Source: Actinomycetes bacterium
GTDB lineage: Bacteria > Auribacterota > JAJCYG01
DNA length: 64,000 bases
Direction: 5' to 3'
NCBI GenBank assembly: GCA_029263055.1
Contig: JAJCYG010000099.1
Coordinates: 64,083 to 128,082 of the forward strand
Every line of letters begins with the position of its first letter. The first letter of the stretch is position 1. The position numbers were made by a program, and so were the translations under genes. Below the pieces are notes generated by a model that was given only the letters and a program-made list of their open reading frames with translations, was not told the origin of the DNA and searched no databases. Positions 9,361-19,177 of the stretch are shown here, in pieces.

Positions 9361-10271
9361 GCTCTTGGATGGGCTGAAACATAAACTTTTTTCAGCAGCT
9401 CGGTGGTGACATGTGTGTAGATTTGTGTGGTTGATAAATTTTTGTGCCCTAAGAGTTCTTGAACTGAACGTAAGTCAGCGCCGCGTTGTAATAAGTGTGT
9501 GGCAAACGAGTGGCGCAAGGTATGCGGTGTTACTTTTTTAGAGGTGATCTGGATCACGTATGTTTTAAGTATGCGTTCAATGCTACGGGTTGTAAGACGA
9601 CCCCCTTTAGAGTTCACAAAGAACGCTTCTTTAGCAGGGATGGTTTTAAATCCTTTACGAGCTGCTTTGCCTGTTTTAAAGAAAACAGCCCGGATGTCTA
9701 AGTAAGCATTCATGGCTCGAATAGCGGGCATGCCGAGAGGGCAGAGTCGTTCTTTTTTCCCTTTCCCTTTTACCTTGATGATTTCACCCAGCAAATCAAC
9801 ATCGCTTAAGTTTAATCCTGCTAATTCACTTACCCGGGTACCACAAGAATAGAGTGTTTCAAAGATAGCTTTATCTCGCATCCCTGCTGGATCATTGGTT
9901 TTAGGGAGAGATAAGAATGCTTCAACTTCTTCTTCGGTTAAGAAGTGAGGCAGTTTTTTTTCTTTTTTAGGTGTATGGAGTGAGCTGGCAGGATTGGTTT
10001 TTAAAATGCCTTCACGGACTAAAAATTTAAAAAAGGAACGGAGAGAGGCGCATTTTCGGGCAATAGACGATTTCACATATTCTTTGTCATGCAGTGTACC
10101 TAAAAAACGGCGGAGCATTAAATGGTCTACAGATTTTAATGAAGAAATATTGCTCTTTTTTAAAAAATCAAAAAACTGATTCAAGTCTCGTTTATACGCA
10201 CTGGCTGTATGTTGTGAGATATTCTTGATTGTTTCAAGGGTTTGAAGAAAGTCTTTCAGATAAGCTTGCAT
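9357..10271 (-). CDS. Tyrosine site-specific recombinase, XerC/XerD family
   Basis: 304 aa; C-terminal catalytic region HTLRHSFATHLLQRGADLRSVQELLGHKNLSTTQIYTHV (R..HxxR..Y); cannot distinguish XerC from XerD from sequence alone. Confidence 0.85.
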   Translation of the reverse strand: MQAYLKDFLQTLETIKNISQHTASAYKRDLNQFFDFLKKSNISSLKSVDHLMLRRFLGTLHDKEYVKSSIARKCASLRSFFKFLVREGILKTNPASSLHTPKKEKKLPHFLTEEEVEAFLSLPKTNDPAGMRDKAIFETLYSCGTRVSELAGLNLSDVDLLGEIIKVKGKGKKERLCPLGMPAIRAMNAYLDIRAVFFKTGKAARKGFKTIPAKEAFFVNSKGGRLTTRSIERILKTYVIQITSKKVTPHTLRHSFATHLLQRGADLRSVQELLGHKNLSTTQIYTHVTTELLKKVYVSAHPRA

Positions 10272-10302
10272 AGCTTCTATTGTAACATAGATTTAGGGTG
10301 CT

Positions 10303-12519
10303 TTAGTCTACTTGGGTAGGAGGGAGTTTGGAGTTAGGATCTAAGGCTTTTAATGGAGGAATCCCTTGCCAGTCTTTAAATTCTCCGGTGGCTCCTTTTT
10401 CCCGTGCTTCTTCTTCAGTGTTGGCAATAAAGTCGCAATCAGGATAGCCGGTACAGCCAAAGAATGGGCGTCCTCTTTTGGATTTACGTTTGCTTAAATC
10501 TTTTTTACATTTGGGGCAGCTAAAGCCTGTTGGTAGTGATTTAGCATTGTAGCATTTGGGAAAGGCGCTACAGGCTAAGAATTGACCTCGGCGGCCTGAC
10601 TTGATAACCATTGGGCTATCACACTTATCACATTTTTGATCAGTGGGAATGGGTCCTTGCTTGATCGCCTGCATCTCAACTTCAGCTTTTTCTAAATCTC
10701 TCATCAAGGGAGCATAGAACTCTTTTAAGGTTTCAAGACGGGTTCCTTTTCCTTCTTCAATGTCATCCAGTTCTTGTTCCATTTTAGATGTAAACTTCAC
10801 ATCAAAGAGATCAGGAAAGTGTTTCACCAATAAAATGACGACAACGCGTCCTAATTCTGATGGAACTAATCGGCCTTTTTCTTTTTGCACGTAAATTCGT
10901 TTGGTGATTGTGGCAATAGTAGGGGCGTACGTACTTGGACGTCCAATGCCCAGTTCTTCTAATATTTTGATTAAAGTTGCCTCTGAATAACGAGCTGGAG
11001 GCTTGGTAAAATGTTGAGTCGGTCTGATCTCTTTTAAGTTTAAGCTCTCGCCTGCTTCTAATGGAGGAAGAATCCGGGTTTCGTCCTTTTCTTCATCATC
11101 ATCGTCGTCATCATCATCTTTTTTCTTTTTCTTTTTTGCAGCAGTGAGTTCTGTGCCTGAGATGAGCATAAATCCATCAAAAAGAACTTCAGTTCCGGTG
11201 GCTCTAAAAATATATTTGTCTGCAGCTTCAATTTCAGCCGCAGTGGTAAGCAATTGCGCATCTGCCATTTGGCAGGCCACAAAGCGTTCCCAAATCAGTT
11301 TGTACAAAGTGAGCTGATCTTTATTTAAAAATTTACTCATTGCTTCTGGATCACGAAAAACAGAAGAGGGGCGAACACATTCGTGAGCTTCTTGAGCTCC
11401 TTTTTTTGATTTATAAAAGTTAGGTTTTTCTGGCAAGTAAGCAGCAGGGTATTTGCCCGTAATGTACTTGCGCAATTCATTGAGTGCTTGTTGAGAAATA
11501 TTAAAAGAATCTGTTCTCATATAAGTGATCAGACCTGTGGAGCCTTCTTCACCAATTTCAATTCCTTCATACAGCTGTTGTGCCACCATCATGGTTTTTT
11601 GTGCAGACCATTTAAGACGATTGACTCCAGCTTGTTGAAGTGTTGAGGTAATAAATGGGGCATAAGGGTGGCGTTTCTTTTCTTTTTTATCGACTTTTTT
11701 AACTGTGTAAGTGGCGCCTTTAAGTGCAGCTAAAATCGTGTCAGACTCTTCTTTGATTTTGATTTCAGCTTTTTCACCGTCGATTTTATCGAGAAAAGTG
11801 ACAAAAGGTGTTTTAGGAGCCATGTTCTTAAAAAGATCTGCTGCGATTTTCCAATATTCTTCTGGATTAAATTTTTCAATCAAATCTTCTCGTTCGCAGA
11901 TTAAACGAAGCGCGACTGTTTGAACCCGGCCAGCAGATAAACCTGAGGCAACCTTTTTCCATAAAAGAGGACTGACTTTGTAACCTAGAATGCGGTCTAA
12001 GATTCGGCGAGTTTGTTGTGACTCTACTTTATTGATATTGATTTTTCCGGCATGATCAAACGCATCTAAAACAGCTTGTTTGGTGATTTCGTTAAAAGAG
12101 ACACGATAAATTTTATCTTTATCTTCAGTTAAGATTTCAGCTAAATGCCAGGCAATGGCTTCTCCTTCGCGGTCTGGATCAGGAGCAAGGTAAATGCGTT
12201 TGCAGCGTTCGGCATCATATTTAAGGTCTTTGACCAGTTCTTTACGGTCGCGGATGATATTGTATTTAGGCAAAAAGTCATTATCAGGATCAACTCCTAA
12301 GCGGTATTTAGGGAGATCACGAATATGCCCCATGGAGGCTTTAAGAATATAGTCTGTGCCAAGATACTTATTGATGGTCTTTGCTTTCGCAGGGGACTCA
12401 ACAATCACCAAAGACTTGTTCGTTTTACGAACTGTCTTCTTTTTGGACCGTTTCTTGGTGGTCTTTTTCTTGGTCGTCTTCTTCTTCTTGGTTGTTGTCT
12501 TCTTCTTAATTGTTGCCAT
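10303..12519 (-). CDS. topA: DNA topoisomerase I with N-terminal lysine-rich tail, internal poly-K/poly-D-E insert and C-terminal zinc-ribbon repeats
   Basis: 738 aa; Toprim region LVIVESPAKAKTINKYLG, active-site region YMRTDSFNIS, C-terminal C4 ribbons (CDKCDSP..., CPKCKKD...); N-terminus MATIKKKTTTKKKKTTKKKTTKKRSKKK; insert AAKKKKKKDDDDDDDDEEKDE. Confidence 0.9.
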   Translation of the reverse strand: MATIKKKTTTKKKKTTKKKTTKKRSKKKTVRKTNKSLVIVESPAKAKTINKYLGTDYILKASMGHIRDLPKYRLGVDPDNDFLPKYNIIRDRKELVKDLKYDAERCKRIYLAPDPDREGEAIAWHLAEILTEDKDKIYRVSFNEITKQAVLDAFDHAGKININKVESQQTRRILDRILGYKVSPLLWKKVASGLSAGRVQTVALRLICEREDLIEKFNPEEYWKIAADLFKNMAPKTPFVTFLDKIDGEKAEIKIKEESDTILAALKGATYTVKKVDKKEKKRHPYAPFITSTLQQAGVNRLKWSAQKTMMVAQQLYEGIEIGEEGSTGLITYMRTDSFNISQQALNELRKYITGKYPAAYLPEKPNFYKSKKGAQEAHECVRPSSVFRDPEAMSKFLNKDQLTLYKLIWERFVACQMADAQLLTTAAEIEAADKYIFRATGTEVLFDGFMLISGTELTAAKKKKKKDDDDDDDDEEKDETRILPPLEAGESLNLKEIRPTQHFTKPPARYSEATLIKILEELGIGRPSTYAPTIATITKRIYVQKEKGRLVPSELGRVVVILLVKHFPDLFDVKFTSKMEQELDDIEEGKGTRLETLKEFYAPLMRDLEKAEVEMQAIKQGPIPTDQKCDKCDSPMVIKSGRRGQFLACSAFPKCYNAKSLPTGFSCPKCKKDLSKRKSKRGRPFFGCTGYPDCDFIANTEEEAREKGATGEFKDWQGIPPLKALDPNSKLPPTQVD

Positions 12520-12561
12520 GTTCTTATAACATACCTGCTAATGAGTGATTGCACAAGTCGA

Positions 12562-13662
12562 CTAAAGCTTCACATAATATTGGCCTGGGAGCTGTTTGAC
12601 AAGGTTTTTTATCTCAAGGGTCAATAGGGTCTCAATGGTCTGATTTGGCTTAAGTCCTGTGTTATTAATAAGTTGCTCCAAATAAACCTCTTCATTTGAG
12701 AGGTTTTCCCACACCATTTTCTCTTGATCTGAGAGCCCTGGAGGGGAGCTGTTAAGGGGAAGTTCTTCATTTATATTGTTTTTAAAGAGGGGACTCTCCA
12801 GTTCTTCAATAATGTCTCCAACTTGAGTCACACATTTGGCCCCTTGTTGGATTAAGAGGTTGGGTCCTTCTGAGACCTTTGAATCAATCGGCCCAGGAAT
12901 GGCTAAAACCGGCTTTCCTTGCTCTAAAGCAAAGTCTGCTGTGATAAAGGCTCCGCTCCGTTTGGCAGCCTCTACAACCAAGACTGCTTTAGAGAGCCCT
13001 GAGATAATTCGGTTTCGCTGTGGGAAGTTACGTGGTAAAGGGGCAAAGTTCATGGGAAACTCAGATAGCATGGCTCCGTGCTGGCAAATCTGTTCAGCCA
13101 AAGATTCGTTGTCAGGTGGAAAAAGAGGAGTGGCGAGTCCTTGGCCAATCACGGCAAGAGTTCGTCCCTTTGCTTGTAATGCTCCTTTGTGCGCATGCGT
13201 GTCAATGCCCCAAGCAAGTCCGCTCACAATCGTCCAATTTTTTTGTGCCATTTGTTGAGCCAGGTTTAAAGTTGTTTTGGTGCCGTAGATTGTTGCGCGG
13301 CGCGAACCCACAATGCCAAGTGCGCGTTGGTCTTGAGGAAGCAATGTGCCTTTGCAATAAAGTAACAAGGGAGGATCTGGAATCTCTAATAAAGAAGGTG
13401 GGAAGTTAGGGTGATCATATGCAAGCACTGTGATGTTATTTTGTTCAATCAGTTTAATTTCTTCATCTAAATCAAATTTATCTGACCAATGTGAAATCAA
13501 ATGAGCGATTCGTTTGGTAAAAAATTTAGAGAGTGTGCTCTCTGATTGATTGACAATATTCTCAGTTGTTTTAAACAGAGTGAGCAGTTCTTGAAACCGA
13601 GGCCACCGAATGTCTTTTTGAAGGGCATTTAATATAAGGATAGATTCAAGACGGTTAGCCAT
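12562..13662 (-). CDS. dprA: DNA-processing protein DprA (Smf)
   Basis: 366 aa; Rossmann-like DprA core GIVGSRRATIYG...IVSGLAWGIDTHAHKGAL...TLAVIGQGL; conserved dprA-topA synteny. Confidence 0.85.
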   Translation of the reverse strand: MANRLESILILNALQKDIRWPRFQELLTLFKTTENIVNQSESTLSKFFTKRIAHLISHWSDKFDLDEEIKLIEQNNITVLAYDHPNFPPSLLEIPDPPLLLYCKGTLLPQDQRALGIVGSRRATIYGTKTTLNLAQQMAQKNWTIVSGLAWGIDTHAHKGALQAKGRTLAVIGQGLATPLFPPDNESLAEQICQHGAMLSEFPMNFAPLPRNFPQRNRIISGLSKAVLVVEAAKRSGAFITADFALEQGKPVLAIPGPIDSKVSEGPNLLIQQGAKCVTQVGDIIEELESPLFKNNINEELPLNSSPPGLSDQEKMVWENLSNEEVYLEQLINNTGLKPNQTIETLLTLEIKNLVKQLPGQYYVKL

Positions 13663-14743
13663 TTAAGGACTCCTGAATCACTTCATTAAGAAGGTCTTCA
13701 GGTACGTCCGTGCGTTGAGCCACTTTTCCTATTTTTTCTAATAGGATAAATTTAAGTTTACCGTCTTGTACTTTTTTATCGACATTCATATGTTTTCTAA
13801 CATTTTCTACAGAAAGCCCTTTAACTTGAGTTAAAAGACCTGCTTTTTGAATGAGCTGTTCAATCGCATTAACTTCATCGATTTTACACAGGCCCATCTT
13901 ATGAGAAAGCTTGGCTGCGGCAACCATACCCACAGCAATGGCTTCGCCATGGCGTAAATCTTTATATCCTTCAGCAGCTTCATAGGCGTGGCCAAAGGTG
14001 TGGCCGTAATTTAATACGGCGCGCATGCCTAATTCTTTTTCATCCATTTCAACAACCATGGCTTTGATTTCACATGACTTGGCAATGGCAGTTGTTAAAG
14101 GCTCTGTCTCTAAATTTAAAAGCGCTTCCATGTTTTTATCTAAAAAATTTAAAAAAGCATGATCCCAAATAATGCCGTACTTAATGATTTCAGCAATGCC
14201 TGCTTTAAATTCGCGTTCAGGTAATGTTTTTAAAACATCTAAATCAATTTGAACAGAGCGGGGTTGATAAAAAGCCCCAACTAAATTTTTTCCTTCAGGC
14301 AAGTTGATTCCTGTTTTGCCCCCAACACTGGAGTCGACTTGAGCTAAAAGAGTGGTGGGGATCTGAACAAATGGAATGCCACGTAAATAAGTGGAAGCCA
14401 CAAATCCACCTAAGTCACCCACTACGCCGCCGCCAAGTGTTAATAAGAAAGAACGTCTGTCTAATTTGAGTTCTAACATTTTTTTCCAAATACCGGTTGC
14501 CGTTTCAATGGCTTTAGAAGGCTCGCCTGCTGGAATTTCAATTAAAGAAAGATCAAAACCATTATCAGTCAAATGATCTAAAATCTTTTTTCCGAAATGA
14601 GGAAAGACATTAGAGTCTGTAATGAGCGCTCCCTTTTTACTCAAAGAAAGATCGCTTAATACTGAAGCAAGATTGGCAAGTGTGTTGCTTCCTACGTTAA
14701 TGTCATAACTCCGTTCACCTAAGCGAACATGAACTGTTTTCAT
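13655..14743 (-). CDS. aroB: 3-dehydroquinate synthase
   Basis: 362 aa; DHQS motifs LGGGVVGDLGGFVASTYLRGIPFVQIPTTLLAQVDSSVGGKTGIN and HGEAIAVGM; overlaps aroK start. Confidence 0.85.
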   Translation of the reverse strand: MKTVHVRLGERSYDINVGSNTLANLASVLSDLSLSKKGALITDSNVFPHFGKKILDHLTDNGFDLSLIEIPAGEPSKAIETATGIWKKMLELKLDRRSFLLTLGGGVVGDLGGFVASTYLRGIPFVQIPTTLLAQVDSSVGGKTGINLPEGKNLVGAFYQPRSVQIDLDVLKTLPEREFKAGIAEIIKYGIIWDHAFLNFLDKNMEALLNLETEPLTTAIAKSCEIKAMVVEMDEKELGMRAVLNYGHTFGHAYEAAEGYKDLRHGEAIAVGMVAAAKLSHKMGLCKIDEVNAIEQLIQKAGLLTQVKGLSVENVRKHMNVDKKVQDGKLKFILLEKIGKVAQRTDVPEDLLNEVIQESLNG

Positions 14744-15261
14744 TTAGTCTGTCCTAGTTTCTTTATAATTTTTTTAGCTGATTCACAAGCGGTCTGTCCG
14801 GTTGTAGAAACAGAAAAAGCAGCTGCTTTCTTATATAGCGGCCGTCGTGATTTTAATAACTTTTGCATGGTTTGAAAAGCATTTTTTGTATTTAATAGAG
14901 GACGTTTCTTATTTTTTGATGTTCTAGAATAGATTTCCCTCTGGCCTGCAGTTAAGCAAACCACCGTGGATTTGCTTTGCATGTCCCGTATATTGAGGGG
15001 ATTGACCACAATTCCACCCCCGGTTGAGATCACACGCTTTTTCTTCTTAAGTGCTTTTTGCAGCATGCGTCGTTCCACACGCCGAAAATAAGGCTCGCCC
15101 GAATCTGAAAAAATCTGAGCAATAGACCGTTTCTCAGCTTTCTCAATCTCAGTATCTATATCGAGAACCTGCCACTTGATCTTACGCGCCAAATAGCGTG
15201 CGACCGAAGTTTTGCCTGTTCCCATAAATCCGATAAGTAAAATATTTTCTGTTTTCATCAA
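14740..15261 (-). CDS. aroK: Shikimate kinase
   Basis: 173 aa; P-loop ILLIGFMGTGKTSV at N-terminus, size and context with aroB. Confidence 0.8.
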   Translation of the reverse strand: MMKTENILLIGFMGTGKTSVARYLARKIKWQVLDIDTEIEKAEKRSIAQIFSDSGEPYFRRVERRMLQKALKKKKRVISTGGGIVVNPLNIRDMQSKSTVVCLTAGQREIYSRTSKNKKRPLLNTKNAFQTMQKLLKSRRPLYKKAAAFSVSTTGQTACESAKKIIKKLGQTK

Positions 15262-15276
15262 TTGATCTCGTATTAA

Positions 15277-16389
15277 TTACCAATTTAAATTATAGCTTGA
15301 ACTCCGCCCTTTTGAAGGATTTTTCTTTAAAAAGCCTTTATCGAGCAATTCTGATATTTCTCGAAAGGCAGTGGCACGACTTATTTTTGCCATGGAAACA
15401 TACTTTCTTGTTGTTAATCCTCCTTGAAACCCTTGTTTTCCTGCATTCAAAAGTTTGTTCACAATCTTGATTTGTCTTGAATTGAGGTTGGCTTGATTGT
15501 GTTTTTGCCAAAACCGAGATTTTGCCAAAACATTTTCAATTAATTTTTCGGCATTGGTGACAGCTCGCTCGTGACAACCTAAATACCATTTTAGCCATTC
15601 TGTAACATTAAGCTCTCCTTTTTGGCTTTTTTCTAAAATACGATAGTATTCTTTTCTTTCTTCCATTATTTGAGAGGAAAGGCTGTAATAGCGTCGATTT
15701 AGATTTTCATCTTGGGCCAAAGCCATGTCTGTTAAGGCTCGGGCAATGCGTCCATTTCCATCTTCAAAGGGATGGATTGTGACAAAGTAAAAGTGTGCGA
15801 GTCCTGATCGAATGATTCCTTCTTCTTTGTTAAGAGTTGTTTTCCACCACAATAAAAACTGTTTAATTTCTGCTTCTATATTTTTTCCTGGTGGGGCTTC
15901 ATAATGAATTTTTTCTTTACCTATTGGTCCCGACAAAACTCTCATAGGTTCATTTCGCTTTCGCCATTTTCCTGTTTGAATAGGACGGAGTCCTACCTGT
16001 CCTGTAGGAAAGAGAGCTGCTTGCCAATGTTTGAGTCGAGTGGTTGTTAGCGGTTGCTCAAACTGTTGAGTGGCATCTAATAAGACTTCAACTAATCCAT
16101 CGATTGACCGGTTAGATGGGGGCATGCCAGCAGAGGGGAGCCCTAGGTGTTGTGCGACAGAAGAGCGAACGGATTCTTTGTTTAACTGTTCTCCTTCAAT
16201 AGCTGAAGTCTTGAGTGCTTCTTCAGTTAAAATGTTGGCTTGAGCTTCTTGGTTGAGTTCAAATCCTAAATTTGAGACCTTGCTCAACAGCTTTCCTTGA
16301 GCCAAACGGGCAGAACTGATCAAGGGGAGTAAGCTTTTGCTTTCCCATTTAAATTTCGGCCAGTTTTGATGTTGCCAGATATAAGGCAA
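15277..16389 (-). CDS. Fic/Doc family protein (class II Fic, carries its own inhibitory motif)
   Basis: 370 aa; Fic active-site motif HPFEDGNGRIARAL; N-terminal TSAIEG fits the [ST]xxxE[GN] autoinhibitory helix; TTG start preceded by AGGAGGG. Confidence 0.8.
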   Translation of the reverse strand: MPYIWQHQNWPKFKWESKSLLPLISSARLAQGKLLSKVSNLGFELNQEAQANILTEEALKTSAIEGEQLNKESVRSSVAQHLGLPSAGMPPSNRSIDGLVEVLLDATQQFEQPLTTTRLKHWQAALFPTGQVGLRPIQTGKWRKRNEPMRVLSGPIGKEKIHYEAPPGKNIEAEIKQFLLWWKTTLNKEEGIIRSGLAHFYFVTIHPFEDGNGRIARALTDMALAQDENLNRRYYSLSSQIMEERKEYYRILEKSQKGELNVTEWLKWYLGCHERAVTNAEKLIENVLAKSRFWQKHNQANLNSRQIKIVNKLLNAGKQGFQGGLTTRKYVSMAKISRATAFREISELLDKGFLKKNPSKGRSSSYNLNW

Positions 16390-16493
16390 TTAGCCCTCCT
16401 AATCGCTTCAAATTATGAAGCAATTATACATGCTAATCGCTTCATTTACAAGAGGGTCATGTAAGTTCTTTGTTGTGAACTATTTAAGTGAGA

Positions 16494-17315
16494 CTACTGA
16501 GCAAAACTAAAGTACCAATTCCACACGGTATCACCAAAGAAGAGGGCGAGCAGGGCGCCTAAGGCTAAATAAGGGCCAAACGGGAGTTTGCTTTTCCAGC
16601 CCCCTTTTCCCATTAGAAGTAGGGGAATGCTGATAAGAGATCCGACAACTGAGCCAAAAAAGAGAGTGAGGCAGACTTTTTCAATGCCTAAAAATGTGCC
16701 GATCATGGCGAGCAGTTTGATATCGCCCATCCCCATGGCATCTTTCTTTAAAATCATTTTTCCAATCACAGCAATGGCTAAAAGAAGGGCGCCTCCAAAA
16801 AAGCCTGAAAAGAGTGAGATGAGCAGTCCCCAAAGCGGAGTCGATTGATCCATGACAGAGGGGATTAAGAAAGAAGCAGCCAGTCCGAGAGGAATACCTC
16901 CTAAGCTGATGGAGTCAGGGATGAGGTAGAATTCGATATCAATAAATGAAGCGACAATCAAACCAATCACAAAGAGAGAATAAAAAACAAAGAAGAGTAG
17001 TGGTGCGGTTGAAGTTAAACTGAGTTGGTAGACTGAAGTTAAAAGAATGCCTGTTGTCAGTTCCACAAAGAAATAGCGAGAAGAAATATGAATGTGGCAA
17101 TGATGGCATTTTCCTTTTAAAAGAAGATAGCTGACTAACGGAATATTAAAATACCATTCAATCGGTCGTTTGCAATGGGTGCAGTGTGAACGCGGAGCCA
17201 CAATGGATTCGTTGCGCGGCATGCGATAGATGCAAACATTTAAGAAGCTTCCAATGGAAACGCTTAAAATGAAAACAACAAAAAGTTGAAAAAATAAAGG
17301 GGTTTCGGTCCACAT
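16494..17315 (-). CDS. Type IV prepilin leader peptidase (A24 family)
   Basis: 273 aa polytopic; N-terminal Cys pairs (CIYRMP... CTHCKRPI... CHHCHIH) typical of PilD/A24 zinc-binding loop, then the 6-TM peptidase core. Confidence 0.75.
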   Translation of the reverse strand: MWTETPLFFQLFVVFILSVSIGSFLNVCIYRMPRNESIVAPRSHCTHCKRPIEWYFNIPLVSYLLLKGKCHHCHIHISSRYFFVELTTGILLTSVYQLSLTSTAPLLFFVFYSLFVIGLIVASFIDIEFYLIPDSISLGGIPLGLAASFLIPSVMDQSTPLWGLLISLFSGFFGGALLLAIAVIGKMILKKDAMGMGDIKLLAMIGTFLGIEKVCLTLFFGSVVGSLISIPLLLMGKGGWKSKLPFGPYLALGALLALFFGDTVWNWYFSFAQ

Positions 17316-17318
17316 AAT

Positions 17319-18320
17319 TTAGTTAAAACTAAATCGAACAGGAGGAGCCATAAACTCAGGGCCAATTGGAGTATGAATCTCTTCAGCCACAATCTGATCG
17401 ATTTGTTTGAGTGTTTCAGAGTAGATCCGTTTTTTGAGTGTTTGTGCGTTTTGTTTGGCTTGAGTGGCGTTACGTGCGCCAACCAAGGCACTGGTGACAC
17501 CTGGTTGATTTAGCGTCCATAAAATAGCGAGTTGGCCCACGCTCATGTCGTGTGCTTTGGCTAAGGTTTCAAGCCGAGTCACGCAGTTTAAGTACATCTT
17601 TAATTGCGCGCCTTTAAATTTAGGATCGGCACTACGAATATCTGTATCAGGAAACGAAGCTGATTCTTTAAATTTACCTGAGAGAAGGCCGCGGCATAAA
17701 GCGCCGTAAGTTAATGTGCCGACATTTTTTTTCACACACCATGGCAATGTTTTTTCTTCAATGCCTCGTTCGTATAAATTGTAAGGAGGTTGAAGCGAAG
17801 CAAGGAGCGTGTATTTACGTGCTTCATTCATTTGTGCAATGCTGTAGTTGCTTACACCAATGGCTCTGATTTTCCCTGATTCTAAAATTCTATTTAAGGT
17901 TTGCATGGTCTCTTTGATTGGGGTGGTTAAGTCTGGCCAATGAATTTGATAGAGATCAATCACATCGGTTTGCAATCGTTTGAGGCTGTCATCCACTTCT
18001 TTGATTAAACGTTTGCGACTTGAATTGCGGCGAATTTTACTTTGATCGCGGCTCCATTCAAGTCCCCCTTTTGTGGCTAAGAGTACTTGGTCGCGGCATT
18101 TGGCTTGCTTGATTGCTTTACCTACAATGGTTTCTGATTTTCCGAATCCATAAACAGGGGCTGTATCAATAAGGTTGATGCCGTTTTTAACAGAACAGAC
18201 AATGGCTTGGATCGCTTCGTTTTCTTGGCTGCCACCCCACATCCAGCCTCCAGTGACCCAGGTGCCTAGACCAATCGGAGAGACTTGAAGATCGCTTTTG
18301 CCTAATTTTCTGAGCGACAT
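17319..18320 (-). CDS. Aldo/keto reductase family oxidoreductase
   Basis: 333 aa; AKR hallmarks (IDTAPVYGFGKSE, LQTDVIDLYQIHWPD, IRAIGVSNYS). Confidence 0.8.
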   Translation of the reverse strand: MSLRKLGKSDLQVSPIGLGTWVTGGWMWGGSQENEAIQAIVCSVKNGINLIDTAPVYGFGKSETIVGKAIKQAKCRDQVLLATKGGLEWSRDQSKIRRNSSRKRLIKEVDDSLKRLQTDVIDLYQIHWPDLTTPIKETMQTLNRILESGKIRAIGVSNYSIAQMNEARKYTLLASLQPPYNLYERGIEEKTLPWCVKKNVGTLTYGALCRGLLSGKFKESASFPDTDIRSADPKFKGAQLKMYLNCVTRLETLAKAHDMSVGQLAILWTLNQPGVTSALVGARNATQAKQNAQTLKKRIYSETLKQIDQIVAEEIHTPIGPEFMAPPVRFSFN

Positions 18321-19174
18321 AAGTATTTTTCTAAAGCGGTTTGCATGGTTTCAACAGGAGCTGGTTTGCCTGTCCAAAATTCAAATGAGAGGGCGCCTTG
18401 GTGAACAAGCATACTCAGTCCATTGAGCACTTCCATTTTGGATTGTTTGGCCACTTGAATCCAATTGGTTTCGCCATGATAAATCAGGTCGTAGAACAAC
18501 GTCCCTTTTTTAAAGAAAATAGGGGAGACAGGAATTGGATCGCTTGGATTTAACCCGAGTGTTGTGGCATTAACCACAATATCAATGTGTTCTAAATCTT
18601 CTTTAGAACGAATTTGATGATCTTCTAAAACATGGGGTGAGCAATAAGTAAAATGGTGATCAATGTGTTGTGATAAAAGATCAGCCCGTTCCCGTGTTCG
18701 ATTGTAAAGATAAAGTTCTTTAACGCCAGCATCTGCAAGTGCCACAGCAACGGCGCGAGCGGCTCCGCCAGCTCCTAAGACTAAAGCATTTTTACCTTTT
18801 GGATTAATTCCTTTTTCTTCAAGAGAACGGATAAAACCAATTCCATCGGTATTGTGGCCGTGGAGTTTATTTCCTTTAAAAAGAACGGTATTAATGGCGC
18901 AAATCTTTTTAGCTTCTTCTGAAATGGTGTCCATTAAAGTGAGAGCTGCTTGTTTGTGGGGGACTGTGATATTGACCCCGGAAACACCCATTTGAGGGAG
19001 TGTCTTAAGAACTGTTTCTAGATTATCCACACCTACTGGAAAAGGGACGTAGGTTGCTTTGATGCCGAGTTCTTGAAACGCGGCGTTTTGCATGACCGGT
19101 GAAAGCGTGTGCTTAATAGGGTGGCCAATGATTCCAAAAAGTTTAGTGTCACCGTTTAATTGAATATTTCCCAT
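18302..19174 (-). CDS. aroE: Shikimate dehydrogenase
   Basis: 290 aa; N-terminal shikimate-binding region LFGIIGHPIKHTLSPVMQNAAF and NAD(P) Rossmann LVLGAGGAARAVAVAL. Confidence 0.8.
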   Translation of the reverse strand: MGNIQLNGDTKLFGIIGHPIKHTLSPVMQNAAFQELGIKATYVPFPVGVDNLETVLKTLPQMGVSGVNITVPHKQAALTLMDTISEEAKKICAINTVLFKGNKLHGHNTDGIGFIRSLEEKGINPKGKNALVLGAGGAARAVAVALADAGVKELYLYNRTRERADLLSQHIDHHFTYCSPHVLEDHQIRSKEDLEHIDIVVNATTLGLNPSDPIPVSPIFFKKGTLFYDLIYHGETNWIQVAKQSKMEVLNGLSMLVHQGALSFEFWTGKPAPVETMQTALEKYLCRSEN

Positions 19175-19177
19175 AGT

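Noticed and set aside
17264-17500. 78-aa minus-strand ORF spanning the pilD/AKR junction
   Set aside because: Out-of-frame overlap with two confident genes; likely spurious.
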